Counted from the stretch's first letter, positions 35,660 through 47,193 are shown. The stretch: 64,000 nt of DNA from an uncultured Solirubrobacteraceae bacterium (GCA_963775385.1 CAVZIR010000003.1:3218934-3282933), one strand, 5' to 3'. Numbers and translations: made by a program. Notes: generated by a model not told the origin, from the letters alone.

Positions 35660-37367
35660 CCCGACCACGATCCTCTCTGGCCGAAGTGGGCAAACTCACG
35701 CCGCTGCAGCCGGTTGCGTTGCGAGGGCCGTTTCTGCCGCCGGAGCCGGTTCTTTCGACGAGCCCGGCTGGCTCGGCCGGGATCCGCCGGCTGAAGGCCA
35801 GTCCGATCAACGCGAAGATGGCGAGTATCGACAGCGCCTCGCGCAGCCCGTCGAGGCGCGCTTTCGCGTTTTCTTCGACGATCGCGTCTGTGGCCCTGGG
35901 TGGCACATGGGCCTTGTTGAGCGCGTCCTTCAATTGCTTGTCGGAGATGAAGGGGACGCCACCGGCGAGCTGGGTCGTAGCCTGCGATTTGACGCGCGCG
36001 GGAACGGCGGAGTTCTGCTGCACCCCTGTCAGAAACGAGGTGCTCAGCGCGGCGATGACGATCGCGCCCGTCAGCGCGGTGCCCATGGAGATGCCGAGGT
36101 TGCGTGATCGTGTTCTGCAGTCCGCCCACCGCGCTGCTCTGCTCATCGGGAACGGAGGAGACGGTGACGGCCCCGAGCTGGGAGGACAGCGCTCCGATTC
36201 CGAGACCGACGAGCAGCATCGGGAACGGTCGTTATCTCCGGTCCCGCGCCTTCCTGGAGCGCGGCGACCAAGATCACGAGGCCGGCAAACATCGCGATGA
36301 AACCGAGCCGGACCACCCGGCGCGGCGATGCTTTGGGGAACAGCTTGGGGATGCCGGCTGCCGCGAGGATCAGGGCGATCGACAGCGGCAGGAACCTCAC
36401 GCCCGTCTGGATCGCGGAGAGCCCGAGCGCGACGGAGAGGAACAGCGGCACGGCGAAGGCGACCCCGCTTTGCACGAAGAACTGGAAGAAGAACGAGTTC
36501 AGGCCGCCGCGCAGCACGTGGACCCTGCAGGATCTTGGGGTCGATGCAGCGGCTCGCCGCCGCGGGCGAGCACCCGATCCTCCCACTCGATGAACAGATA
36601 GATGACGCAGAGCGCCCGCGAGCATCAGCCAGATCACCGGCGAGAGCCCGATCCATTCGGGAGCCCCCGGCTTTGGGTTTGACAAAGCCCCACACGCCCG
36701 AGCGCAGGACACCGAAGACGATCAGCCCGAGGCCGAGCGCTGACAGCGCCGTACCCACGAGGTCCAGGTGCCCCCCCTTCTCACGCGGCCCCTCGGGTAT
36801 GCGGCGGGCGAGGACGAGGATCGCCAGCACGATCGCGACCTCGCCCGCGAACACCCAGCGCCATGAGAGGTAGGTGGTGAACAGGCCGCCGACGATCGGG
36901 CCGACCCCGATCGCGATCGCGGTCGCCGCGGCGATCAGCCCGTAGGCGCGCGGCCGTTCGGCGGGCCCGTAGTTCACCGCCACCAGCGCGACGATCGACG
37001 GCAGGATCAGCACCGCCCCGATGCCCTCGAGGCAGGACCATCCGAGCAGCAGCACCCCGAGGCTCGTAGAGATCGCCGTGATGAACGAGCCGCAGCCGTA
37101 GATCACGCACCCGATCGCGAAGGCGCGCTTGCGCCCGATGATCTGGCCGACCTTCCCGCCCGTGATCATGAACGCGGCCATCACCAGCGTGTAGAGCGTG
37201 ATCGCCGTCTGGATGCCGGTGACGGTCGTGCCGACGTCCTTCGCGACCGTCGCGATCGACACGTTCATCACCGAGCTGTCGAGCATCATCAGGAACTGCC
37301 CCGCGCACAGCGTCAGCAGAACGCCGCCGGCCACTGCCGCGGTTGCCTTACTCGACACGGCGCTCAC
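35652..37367 (-). CDS. MFS transporter, DHA2-like (frameshifted)
   Basis: QFLMMLDSSVMNVSI, WRWVF, LDLVG. Confidence 0.85.
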   Translation of the reverse strand: MSAVSSKATAAVAGGVLLTLCAGQFLMMLDSSVMNVSIATVAKDVGTTVTGIQTAITLYTLVMAAFMITGGKVGQIIGRKRAFAIGCVIYGCGSFITAISTSLGVLLLGWSCLEGIGAVLILPSIVALVAVNYGPAERPRAYGLIAAATAIAIGVGPIVGGLFTTYLSWRWVFAGEVAIVLAILVLARRIPEGPREKGGHLDLVGTALSALGLGLIVFGVLRSGVWGFVKPKAGGSRMDRALAGDLADARGRSASSICSSSGRIGCSPAAASRCIDPKILQGPRAARRPELVLLPVLRAKRGRLRRAAVPLRRARALRDPDGREVPAAVDRPDPRGSRHPQAVPQSIAAPGGPARFHRDVCRPRDLGRRAPGRRGTGDNDRSRCCSSVSESERCPPSSGPSPSPPFPMSRAARWADCRTRSRNLGISMGTALTGAIVIAALSTSFLTGVQQNSAVPARVKSQATTQLAGGVPFISDKQLKDALNKAHVPPRATDAIVEENAKARLDGLREALSILAIFALIGLAFSRRIPAEPAGLVERTGSGGRNGPRNATGCSGVSLPTSAREDRGRDA

Positions 37368-37509
37368 GCCCTCGCGATGAAACGTCGAGGACAGCCGCTC
37401 GCCCGGCGCGCTTCGGCACGCGGTTCGCCACAGACATGAGGCCCGGCACGCTGAGACATGAGCGAGGTGATGACGAGAGCCCGGGAACGTCGAGCCTGCG
37501 ACCGAGCCG

Positions 37510-37755
37510 CTATTGCCTACTCAGGGAGCGTTCTGCCATCCCGGCGTTCTCGGCGATGAGGTAGACGAAGACGCCGAAGAACGGCAGCACGATGATGAAG
37601 ATGATCCACAGGACCTTGGTCCACCCGGACTCGTCGTGGCGACGGAAGATGTCGGCGAACACAACAAACAGAAGATAGAGCCAGATCACAAGCCCCATGA
37701 AGATGAGCATCGTCCACAGGACTTCGAGGAACGGGTAGCTGGTTGCGAGGATCAT
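37510..37755 (-). CDS. PLDc_N-type small membrane protein
   Basis: DIFRRHDESGWTKVLW...LPFFGVFVYLI; usual SHOCT tail absent. Confidence 0.75.
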   Translation of the reverse strand: MILATSYPFLEVLWTMLIFMGLVIWLYLLFVVFADIFRRHDESGWTKVLWIIFIIVLPFFGVFVYLIAENAGMAERSLSRQ

Positions 37756-37911
37756 GGTGTCGTCCTTATCTATCGAGGGGGAAGGGAACAGTGCAGTTCG
37801 GTCAGACCGTGCGAGCTCTCGGATCGTGCGTCTGCATCAAGGTGCTTGTCGGCGCGAATGATCAGTCACGAGCCACCCGTCGGCTCCCGACGGCCGCAGC
37901 GACCGAACGCA

Positions 37912-38371
37912 TCAGCGGCCCGCCCGCCGGCGCGAGCGCCGCCGGACGCCGCACACCGACACTGGGCTCAGCGGCCGACCGATCGGGTCGATGAACAGTG
38001 AGCAAGGGCCCGTCGCAGTTGGGCATCTCGCCTTCGAGCACGTCCACGTCGTAGGTGAGCGTCTCGCCGTCCAAGCTCGGGTTCGTGAGCGTCACCACCA
38101 CGTCCTCGGGCGTCTCGTCCTGGGAGGCGAGGAACGAGAGCACAGCGTTCGGGGGATCTTCGAGGAAGCTGTTGTCACCGTCTCCCCAGCCCTCCACGAA
38201 CTGTGCGGAGGTGAGGTGGCCGACGATGCGCTCGGGTCGGTCAGAAAACATCAGCGTGGAGGGTGCGAGCCCCTGCAGTGTCATCGAGCCGTCGCTGCTC
38301 GTCACCCCCTGGGCACTCTGGACATACAGCGCCTCGAACTCGTCGGGCTGAGCTGTTGGTTCTGGCGACAC
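37912..38371 (-). CDS. Hypothetical protein (frameshift ~38015)
   Basis: AAGGAG RBS; FSDRPERIVG, SFLEDPPNAVL, IDPIGRPLSPVSV. Confidence 0.75.
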
Positions 38372-38512
38372 TTGGATCTCCTTGATCGTGATTTTGGCGG
38401 CCACGCCCTCGGCGGTTGGCCCTGTTCTGGCTTGGACGGCTCCGGTGTGCGGCGCGTCAGGCCTCTTGACCTCGACAGTGTCGCGAGACGTGTTTGGATC
38501 ACTCCACGGGTG

Positions 38513-39998
38513 TCAGAGCCCCGTCTCGGCGGTGATGCGGCCGGATTCGACGGCCTCGGTCAGGGCCTTGTAGTCGCGCTCGTTCTGTTCGGCGTAGGCG
38601 TGGGAGAACTCGACGATCGCGCGGTCGAAGGCGGCGCTCTTGCCGAGGTAGGCGGCGATCGCGATCCGGTCGCCGCTGCGGGCGTGCGCGCGCGCGAGCG
38701 TCCAGCCGCACAGCCGGCCGTATGTGGCCATGCCGCTCGGAACCATCTGTTCGACTTCGGCCGAGCCCTTCCAGTCCTTCAGCTGGCGCCCGTAGAAGTC
38801 GCGGGGCTTGACTCGTCGAGCCCTGACTCGACGTGCAGCCAGCCGAGGAAGATGTCGCTCGAGGCCTGCATCAGGCGCTGTCCGGTGACGACCCGCTCGC
38901 CGTGGTTCTCGAACTCGCTGGCCTCGAGGAACTCCTCGAGCACCGAGGCCTCGGCCTCCTTCATCTGCAGGAACAGCGGGTCCTGGCCGTCGCGGCCGAC
39001 CAGCAAGGCGATCCAGGCGCGCGTGCCGACGCTGCCGACGCCGACCACCTTGCGCGCGAAGTCGACCAGCTGGAACTGCTCGAGCAGGACGCGCCGGTCG
39101 TGCTGGAGCGTGGCGCGATAGGAGCGCAGGAGCTCGTGCAGCGCGTCGAACATCTCGTCGCGTTCGCATGCCCTGCGCGAGTTCGTCGATCGGCACGATC
39201 AGAGGCGGTTCGGCCACGATCCGCGCCTGCCCGTCGACCTCGCGGGTGAGTTTGGAGAACGCCGACATGCTGTCCTTGGTGCGCGCCTTGGCGAGCGTCT
39301 TCTCGGTCGCGCTTGACCTGCTTGGGCTTGAACTGCGAGCCGAGTTCGGCGATCGTCGCCTCGACGTCCAGGTGCGCATACCAGACCTCGAGGTTCTTCA
39401 TGGCGGCGAAGCCCGCCATCGCGGTGCGGTACTCCGCGACGGTGTCGAGCACGATCTGGTCCTGGTCCTTGACCGGGAATCCGTTGTACTGCGCCGCGAT
39501 GAGCATGCTCACCGCGAGGCGCTTTACGTCCCACTCCCAGGGCCCGGGGAGCGTCTCGTCGAAGTCGTTGACGTCGAACACCAGTCGTCGCTCGGGCGAG
39601 GCGAACACGCCGAAGTTCGACAGGTGCGCATCGCCGCAGCACTGCACCTGAAGCCCCGAGCGAGGCGTGGCGGCGAGGTCGCTGGCCATGATCAGCGCAG
39701 CTCCCCGGTAGAACGTGAACGGCGAGACCAGCATGCGCCCGTAGCGGATCGGGACGAGCTCCGGCACGCGCGTCTTCGCCTGGCGTTCGAGCAGCTTGAT
39801 CGGGTCAGGGCGCCGCCGCGGCGGGTTAAACTCTGCCTGGCTGGCCCGCGGCACTTCGGCACGGGCCGCCTTGCCGCGGGCCACACGCTCTGCGACGCTC
39901 AGGTGCGGTACCGCCTTGACCGTACCGTTCCCTTTTGCGGTGGCTGAGCCACGAATCGGGCGAGGCCCACTTGAAGACTGGACTGTTGAAGGAGACAT
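38513..39998 (-). CDS. DUF2252 family protein (frameshifted)
   Basis: RYGRMLVSPFTFYRG, CGDAHLSNFG, NDFDE, KVVGVGSVGTR, LARAHARSGD. Confidence 0.9.
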
Positions 39999-40135
39999 CG
40001 CCTACCGCCTAGGCGTTGTTTGAGGTCTTGGATAGGAGGATGGGCGAGGTGCGGCCAGCCCGATAGAGCACGCAAACACAAAGTGGTGGCCGCGATCGTC
40101 CGCGTTCCCTGCTCGAGACTGTCCCGGGACGACTG

Positions 40136-40511
40136 TCATGGGCGATGTCCCCGCGGCGCTTCGGGCTCGTCCTCGCGGAGCGCGTGGTTCGGCTCATATC
40201 CGAGCGCGAGCGCAAGCTTCGGCGCGGCTGAGCTGGTCCGAACGATGCCGGCCGACGGGAGGACCGCTACGAGAGTGTCGACGATTTCTGCGTCCGATGC
40301 GCCCGCGGCCTGGGCCGCCTGGACAGTCGCGACATAGGACGGGATAGCTCCCTCGATACCGATGAGCACAGCTAGCTTGACGAGCTCACACGTGCGTTGG
40401 TCGAGCTCAGAGTCGAGCTCAGCTCCCTCGCCGCCAGACCTGCTCAAGGATTGGATGAAGCCCTCGTCCCTGAGCGCGATTCTCGACGAGCGTGTCTTCG
40501 GTCGTGGCCAC
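40136..40511 (-). CDS. Carboxymuconolactone decarboxylase-like protein (start uncertain)
   Basis: LDQRTCELVKLAVLI...AGASDAEIVDTL. Confidence 0.7.
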
Positions 40512-40777
40512 TGCTCCATTGCAGCGCGGGGACGCCGGGCGAGCATCGGCCATATAGGTTGAAATCGCACGAAGACAGAGTTCAGCGATCTGGGCTGGTC
40601 GCCAGGGCGTGCCGCCACCTGCCGCCGGCAAGCCACGGTAAGTAGTTTCCCGCGGGGATCGCGCGGAGAAGTTCGCTAGACGGGGGCGATCGGTCCCGTA
40701 CTCTGCTTGAGAGCGGATGTAATGCTGAGCAGTCAAAGGGGGCACAGGCGATCTCGGTTTCGGGGCTAAGTGACAGG

Positions 40778-43058
40778 GTGGGTGCGCCGCAGCCGGACGT
40801 TCAGGTGCCAGTGCGGATCACTTCAGGGGGACCACGGCTCCATCCGGACTTGATCCCGCGGACTGCGCTACTGCGGCGATTGGCCCACCAAGCGGAGCCC
40901 GTCGTGGCGGTCTTCGCGCCGGCGGGATACGGAAAGACGACCCTCCTCGCCCAAGCGTCGGAGTTAGATGGTCGGCGCTTCGGGTGGATCTCGCTCGAGG
41001 ACGCCGACAACGATCCCGTCGTCCTTGCGACCCATCTCGCACAGGCTCTTAGTTGGGCCAGCGGCGTTGATCCGACGACCTTCGACGCCGTTAGCAACCC
41101 GCCTCACGCGCTTTGGTCGACGACGCTCCCGCGGCTTCGAGCGGCCTTCATCTCGATCGAGCATCCGGTGGTGATGGTGCTCGACGACGTGCATGTGCTT
41201 TGCGAGCGCGATGCCTGCGACGTTCTCACCGCGATCTGCGACTACCTCCCGGCGGGCTCTCAGCTTATGTTCGCGGGCCGCCACGAGCCGCAGTGTTTTC
41301 TTGCTCGTGTCCGAGCTGAGCGTCGTGTTGCTGAGCTGCAGGTCGATGACCTTGCTCTGGACGTGGTCGAGGCGGGGTCCCTGCTTCGCGCCGCTGGGGT
41401 CGCTCTCACCGAACAGGAGGTCGCAGAGCTGACGGCCCATACCGAGGGATGGGCCGTCAGCATCTATCTAACAGCGCTCTCCTTGCGTGAGACCGGCACT
41501 CGCGATCGGTATGCCGGATCCGAGATCGGCGGAACACCGCGTCAGATCGCGGACTATATTCAGCTTGAGGTCCTGTCAGGCTTACCGCCCGATCAGGTCG
41601 AGTTCTTGACGCGGACCGCTGTGCTGGACCGGATGTGCGGGCCGCTGTGCGACGCCGTGCTCAAGCAGACGGGGAGCGCAGCGATCCTTGAGTCGCTGCA
41701 GCGGTCAAACCGCTTGCTCGTGGCGCTCGACCGGCACGGTGAGTGGTACCGCTACCACCACCTCTTCCGTGATCTGCTCGCCCGCGAACTCAACGTCCGC
41801 GAGCCAGATCTGATCCCGACCCTCAACCGCCGCGCAGCTGACTGGAGCGAGGATAATGGTGCGCGGGAGGCGGCGATCGCGTACGCGTCTCGCGGGCGAC
41901 GACGTCAAGCGCGCCGCGACGCTGGTGGCGGTTTGCGCGATCCCCGCGCACCAGGCTGGACGGCTCGAGACGGTACGAAAATGGATCGAGCGTCTATCCG
42001 AACGTGGAGCCCCACGACAATATCCGGCGGTCGCGGTCCTGGGAGCCTGGTGCGAGGGGCTGTCAGGCCATCCTGTCGAAGCGGAACGTTGGGCAATGGA
42101 GGCCAAACAGGGCGACACCGACGAGCCGGCCCCGGACGGAGGCGCGACGATCGAGCCGTGGGTGAGATGCCTTGAAGCGGCCATGTGCCGCCACGGCGTC
42201 GACCGTATGAGGATCGACGCCGAGCGAACGCTTGAGCTGTCCCCCGACTGGAGCTTGCAGCGACCGGTGGCGTCGAACATGCTCGGCGTCGCATTGCTTC
42301 TCGCAGGTGATAGCGACCAGGCGGATCAGGTCTTTAGCGACAACTCGCAGGCGGCAAAGGAACTCGACATGCCCAGCAACGCGTCGGTCGCTCTCGCTCA
42401 GCGCTCGCTGCTGGCGGCGGCGGATGGCGACCTCGACACGGCCGAAGAACTCGCCCAGGACGCGGACCGATGCGTGCTCGAAGGACGGTTCGAGGCGTAT
42501 CTGCCGAGCGCGACAACCTTCGCCGCGCTCGGCAGGGTCGCGCTACACAGGGGGGAACTCCAACAGGCGCAAACGCATCTCGCTGGGGCCGACCGCCTGA
42601 GACCGCTGCTGACGTACTTCATGCCGTTCAACGGCGTGCAGGTTCGTCTCGAGCTGGTGCGCGCCCGTATCGCTTTGGGCGACGCCGCGGGTGCAATGAT
42701 CTTGCAAAGGGAGATCGACCAGCTGTTAAGACGTATCCCCGACCTCGGCGTGCTCGTCGGGCAGGCCGGCGAACTCCGTGATCGGGTCAACGCGATGCAC
42801 GCCTTGACCGGTGACTGGACCCCACTGCTCACCGAGGCCGAGCTGCAAGTGCTACCGCTGTTGGCTACCCATCTCACCATCGCTGAGATCGCTGAGCGGC
42901 GATATGTCTCGCGAGCCACGATCAAGACGCAGGCTGTGTCTATCTATCGCAAGTTGGAGGTCACGAAGCGCGGCGAGGCGATCGAGCGCGCGGCAAAGCT
43001 CGGTTTGATCGACTCCCTAGCCGTGCCACGTTCTCGCGAGTTCGCCCGATCTGGCTGA
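40778..43058 (+). CDS. MalT-like ATP-dependent LuxR regulator (frameshift ~41890)
   Basis: APAGYGKTT, LDDVH, TEGW, YRYHHLF, C-terminal LuxR HTH. Confidence 0.9.
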
Positions 43059-43176
43059 GGAACTCGGGGGCATCCGACGCCCCTCGGCCAGCTCATCGAA
43101 TTTCAACCTCTTTGGTCGATGCAGGCCGCCTTCGGCGCTGCTCAAATGTCAAACACCACCAAGAACAGGAGACGAG

Positions 43177-43689
43177 ATGAGCGACAATCCGGTCTTTATC
43201 TACGCCGCGACGTACGCGGATGCCGCCGGCGCCGAGGCGGACTACGACATCCTTCTCGAACTGCATGCGGCGAAGCTCGTGGGCACCTATGACGTCGCGT
43301 TGGTGACCAAGGACGCCGACGGCAAGGTCCAGGTCGAGAAGCACGAGAAGCCGACCCAGCACGGCACCTGGGGAGGCATCGCCGTCGGAGCGGCGGTCGG
43401 GGTCGTGGCCGCGCCGGCCGTGATCCCCGCGGCGTTGCTCGGCGGTGTCATCGGCGGCCTCGGCGGACACTTCAAAAAGGGCATCTCCAGCTCCGATGCC
43501 AAGGAACTGGGTGACCTGATCGAAGCGGGAGAGGCAACGCTGCTCGTGATCGGCGAATCGCGCCTCGAAGAACAGCTCGACAAGGTCCTTACCCGCGCAG
43601 AAAAGACGATCGAGAAGGAAATCGACGTCGACAGCAAGGAGTTCAAGCGCGAACTCGACAAGGCGGAGAAGGAGTACGCAACTGCCTAG
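43177..43689 (+). CDS. DUF1269-like protein
   Basis: Glycine-zipper GGIAVGAAVG..GGVIGGLGG; AGGAG RBS. Confidence 0.75.
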   Translation: MSDNPVFIYAATYADAAGAEADYDILLELHAAKLVGTYDVALVTKDADGKVQVEKHEKPTQHGTWGGIAVGAAVGVVAAPAVIPAALLGGVIGGLGGHFKKGISSSDAKELGDLIEAGEATLLVIGESRLEEQLDKVLTRAEKTIEKEIDVDSKEFKRELDKAEKEYATA

Positions 43690-43875
43690 CTGACCGGACA
43701 GGGCTGCGGCCCCGCCACGGCCGCAGCCGAGAGACAAGGCCGCCGACTGAACAGAGCCGGTGTGGACCTCCACGGATCCGGTTCACCGCGAGGCGGCCGC
43801 CCATGCCGCGGTCCGCGGGGAGTCCGCGACACGACGCCCCCAAGACACGACGCCCGAAGACCCGAAAGGATCAAG

Positions 43876-44220
43876 ATGACCATTGCATCTGACACCCCCG
43901 TCCTGGACACGCTCGCCGCGATCACCGCAGAGTCGGTTGAGCGCTCCGGATTGGACGACAACTCGCTGCTCGCGGCGCGCATCGCTGCTCTCGTGGCCGT
44001 CGATGCACCGGCTGCGTCCTATCTCGTGCACATCGGGCCTGCGGCAGACGCCGGCGTCACGCTCGAGCAGCTTCAAGGCATCCTGATTGCGGTTGCCCCG
44101 ATCGTCGGCACGCCACGAACGATGTCCGCCGCCGCGCGGATCACCAAGGCACTTGGGATCGCGATCATCGCCGTCGAGGCCGAGCTCGACGCCGAGCAGA
44201 CGGCATCTGAATATCAGTAG
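43876..44220 (+). CDS. Carboxymuconolactone decarboxylase-like protein
   Basis: SGLD..RIAALVAVDAPAASY..VAPIVGTPR; AAAGGA RBS. Confidence 0.75.
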   Translation: MTIASDTPVLDTLAAITAESVERSGLDDNSLLAARIAALVAVDAPAASYLVHIGPAADAGVTLEQLQGILIAVAPIVGTPRTMSAAARITKALGIAIIAVEAELDAEQTASEYQ

Positions 44221-44254
44221 CCATCCACGAACTGCAGGACGAGGAGGTCGGATC

Positions 44255-44830
44255 GTGTTTACGTTTGACGAAGAGCAGGGTGCGCTCGCGCAGCTTTGGT
44301 GGTTGGTGATGCTGTTCGGTGCGGCGGTGTTCTGCGTCGGCGTCTTCTTTGTCGTCTCGCCGCACGAAACGCTGAGCACGTTCACGGTGATCGCCGGGAT
44401 CTTTCTGCTCGTCGACGGAGTGCTGGCGATTGGCACCTCGATCTTCGCCAAGGAGGAAGGGCGCGGCATGCTGGCATTGATCGGCGCACTCAGCGCGATC
44501 GCGGGCCTGGTCCTCATCAAGAAACCCTTTGGCACGCTCGTCGTCTTCGTGCTCGTCATCGGAGTGTGGTTCATCGTGGCCGGCGTGATGCGCTTGGTCG
44601 CTGCCTTCGGTGAACCCGAGGGACGTGCGACGAGCGTCGCGGTCGCGATCCTCGACACGATTGCCGGCATCGTCATCTTGTCCTGGCCCGGGATCGGTCT
44701 GGCCACGCTTGCGGTGGTGATCGGCATCGTCTTGATCGTGCGCGGCGCCTTGTTCTTCATGGCCGGCTGGGAGATGCGCCGACTCGGGCACGAAACCAAC
44801 GCCGTACCGGGGGCGCACCCGGCGACCTGA
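44255..44830 (+). CDS. HdeD/DUF308 membrane protein
   Basis: Six-TM repeat pattern; GAGGAGG RBS. Confidence 0.8.
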   Translation: MFTFDEEQGALAQLWWLVMLFGAAVFCVGVFFVVSPHETLSTFTVIAGIFLLVDGVLAIGTSIFAKEEGRGMLALIGALSAIAGLVLIKKPFGTLVVFVLVIGVWFIVAGVMRLVAAFGEPEGRATSVAVAILDTIAGIVILSWPGIGLATLAVVIGIVLIVRGALFFMAGWEMRRLGHETNAVPGAHPAT

Positions 44831-44947
44831 CCTCCGAACGCTTGGTGTCGTGGCGCAAACCTTCGATGCCCCCGATTTGCAGTGGGCCCGCGCGGGTGGC
44901 CCACGAACGCTGACAATCAATCTGTTCAAAACCGTGAAGGAGAACCG

Positions 44948-45406
44948 ATGTTCAAGACCCTCAACAGACCGGCAGTCCTAGCGGCGATTCTGCTTGTCCC
45001 GGTGGGGCTGGCCGCTTGTGGCGAATCTTCTGAAGAAAAGGCGACAGCACAGGTCTGCTCCTCCACCAAGGAAATCCGGGCCCAGCTCACCAAGCTATCC
45101 AGCCTGTCGATCTCGCAGAAGGCACCGGAAGAAATCAAGGCCGCCGCCGAAGTGATGAAAAAGGAAGCGGCCAAGATCGACGAATCCGTCACCAACCTGC
45201 CGGCGTCGAGCAAGAGTCAGGTGGAAACCGCGCAGAAGGCGCTCGCCGTCGAGCTTGCGGGCCTAGCGAAGACAGCGGCTTCTACGGCAATAGCGTCGGG
45301 GAACGTCGAAGCCGTGCTCAAGGAATCCGAGCCTGCGGTGAAGACCGCTGTCGCCGGACTCGCCGCGAGCTACAAGCAGGCATTCGAATCGCTCAAATGC
45401 TCCTAG
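44948..45406 (+). CDS. Lipoprotein
   Basis: LAAC lipobox, GAAGGAG RBS, Cys pair (VC...LKCS). Confidence 0.8.
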   Translation: MFKTLNRPAVLAAILLVPVGLAACGESSEEKATAQVCSSTKEIRAQLTKLSSLSISQKAPEEIKAAAEVMKKEAAKIDESVTNLPASSKSQVETAQKALAVELAGLAKTAASTAIASGNVEAVLKESEPAVKTAVAGLAASYKQAFESLKCS

Positions 45407-45515
45407 CTCGGACTCCCGGGAACCTCCCGTAGCACCCAAGATGATTCCAACCGGCGAAAGCGAGGGCTGGCCAGCCGGGCGCGATCCAGGACTGCTGCGC
45501 CGTAAGGATTGACGC

Positions 45516-46166
45516 ATGTCCCCAGGCGAAGACTTCCGGAACGAGGGCCGATCGCTTAGCACCACCCGCATGGAAGGGCTCAGCGATGGCGTGTTCGGCT
45601 TCGCGGCGACGCTGCTCGTGCTCGACATCGCGCTGCGTCCGCCGGGCACAGCACTCGAACAGGTGCTTCGCGCCTGGCCGTCCTACCTCGCCTACGTCGT
45701 GAGCTTCCTCACGATCGGAGCAGCCTGGCTCGCCCACACGCAGCTCACCGAGGGGCTGACGCGGACGGATCCGCTGCTGCTGCGTATCAACTTGCTGGTG
45801 TTGCTCGTGGTCGCGTTTCTGCCGTTCCCGACGAGCCTGGTTGCCGAGGCCCTGCACTCCAACACGAGTGAGCGCGTGTTCGTCACGATGTACGGGCTTA
45901 CCCTGCTGGCCATTCGCCTCCTCGGCTTTGCTCTGGACGCGTACGCCCGACGCGAGCGCCTCTACACGCCTACGGAACAGGGCGGGCAGCGGCAGGACGA
46001 ACCGCGCGAACTGCTCCCGGTGCTCGGCGGGTACGTGATCGCGATCCTCGTCGGTCTCGTCGTTCCGGGGGTGGCTGTGGCGGTCTACTTCGCTGTGGCG
46101 ATATACATGATCCTGTTCCGCGGGATTCCACGGCACGCGTTGCGTGCCCGTCGGTCCGGCGGTTGA
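45516..46166 (+). CDS. TMEM175 family K+ channel
   Basis: RMEGLSDGVFGFAATLLVL, WPSYLAYVVSF, FLPFPT. Confidence 0.85.
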   Translation: MSPGEDFRNEGRSLSTTRMEGLSDGVFGFAATLLVLDIALRPPGTALEQVLRAWPSYLAYVVSFLTIGAAWLAHTQLTEGLTRTDPLLLRINLLVLLVVAFLPFPTSLVAEALHSNTSERVFVTMYGLTLLAIRLLGFALDAYARRERLYTPTEQGGQRQDEPRELLPVLGGYVIAILVGLVVPGVAVAVYFAVAIYMILFRGIPRHALRARRSGG

Positions 46167-46264
46167 GCGCTTTGTCGAAGGGCGCCAGTGAGCGATGACA
46201 GCCCACGGCATGCCTCCGCAAACGCGGGGGCTCATGACGTCGGCGTGCGCCGCCTTGCTCCAGC

Positions 46265-46984
46265 TCACGCGCAGGGATTCGGATCCCCTGCATGGAGGGT
46301 GTTCCATCCTCCGCCGGGGCATTGCATTTCGATATAGCCTTTCGGGCCGAGCGTGAACGGCGCTTCAACCGTGAACTTGAACGTGTACCAGGCGAAGTCG
46401 AGGCCATCGGCGATGCCGAACCACGCGGGCAGAGCGAAGTCGGCGACCTTCTGCCCGCCGATTTCGTAGTAGGACCCGTACATCGGGTCGGCGATCTCCT
46501 CGCGGTAGGTGACGCCCGCTTCGTTCGTCGTGAGGCTTTCGCCGGTGGGATCGACCAGCATCTCCAGGATCTCATGGGACATCGTTTCGCTCGCCAAGGG
46601 CCGCCCGGCCTCGGCGTAGTCGACGAAGCCCACGATCGCACCTTCGGCGGTCTGTTCGTGCCAGCCGAGCCCGAACTCTCCTCCGCCGCTGCCGTTTTCC
46701 TGCAGGGTCATCGTCCACGCGCCGGATGGGACTTCGTTGAGCACAAGGCGGGCTTTCGGAGCCAGCCCCAGTTTCACCCACGGCGAGAAGTTGTAGTCCC
46801 GTTCGATCTGTGTCGAGAGCGCCGTGAAGATTTTTTTGAAGGCGCCGGCCCCCATGCTCGAGTGATTGACGACTCCAATCACCTGTTCTTCGCTGGGCGT
46901 CGCCTGGGCGGCCTGCGGACCGACCGCAGCGACGGCGCACGCCGCCGCTGTCGCCACGACTGCGATCAGCTTCCGCGTTCCCAT
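46265..46984 (-). CDS. Secreted zincin-like protein (HExxE)
   Basis: Signal peptide AQA; LGWH, SHEILEMLVDP, EIADP, VADF. Confidence 0.65.
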   Translation of the reverse strand: MGTRKLIAVVATAAACAVAAVGPQAAQATPSEEQVIGVVNHSSMGAGAFKKIFTALSTQIERDYNFSPWVKLGLAPKARLVLNEVPSGAWTMTLQENGSGGGEFGLGWHEQTAEGAIVGFVDYAEAGRPLASETMSHEILEMLVDPTGESLTTNEAGVTYREEIADPMYGSYYEIGGQKVADFALPAWFGIADGLDFAWYTFKFTVEAPFTLGPKGYIEMQCPGGGWNTLHAGDPNPCA

Positions 46985-47122
46985 TCTTGCCCCTCTCTCG
47001 AAATTTGGAAGTGCGATCCGATCCTCGCCGATCCTGTCTCGTGCTGTCAACTGTGGGACGCCAGGAACGCCGCGCGGCATCGGAGTGGCATCCAGAGAGG
47101 GAGCGACGACGCAATAGGGCGG

Positions 47123-47166
47123 CTCACAATCGGTGGGCCCGGCCGGTCCGAGTCCGGCCGCGCGCA
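47123..47166 (+). repeat. Degenerate 3'-half copy of tRNA-Ile2 (att-like)
   Basis: CTCAcAATCGGT..GCcGG-TcCGAGT-CCgGC-CGcGcgCA vs tRNA CTCATAATCGGT..GCTGG-TTCGAGT-CCAGC-CGGGCCCA. Confidence 0.6.
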
Positions 47167-47193
47167 GATCTCCAGCGCGAATAAGCTCCAGCC

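Larger units (their letters stand above)
34901..47166. mobile_element. Putative decayed genomic island at tRNA-Ile2, no integrase
   Basis: Visibly lower GC; bounded by the tRNA and a degenerate copy of its 3' half. Confidence 0.6.
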
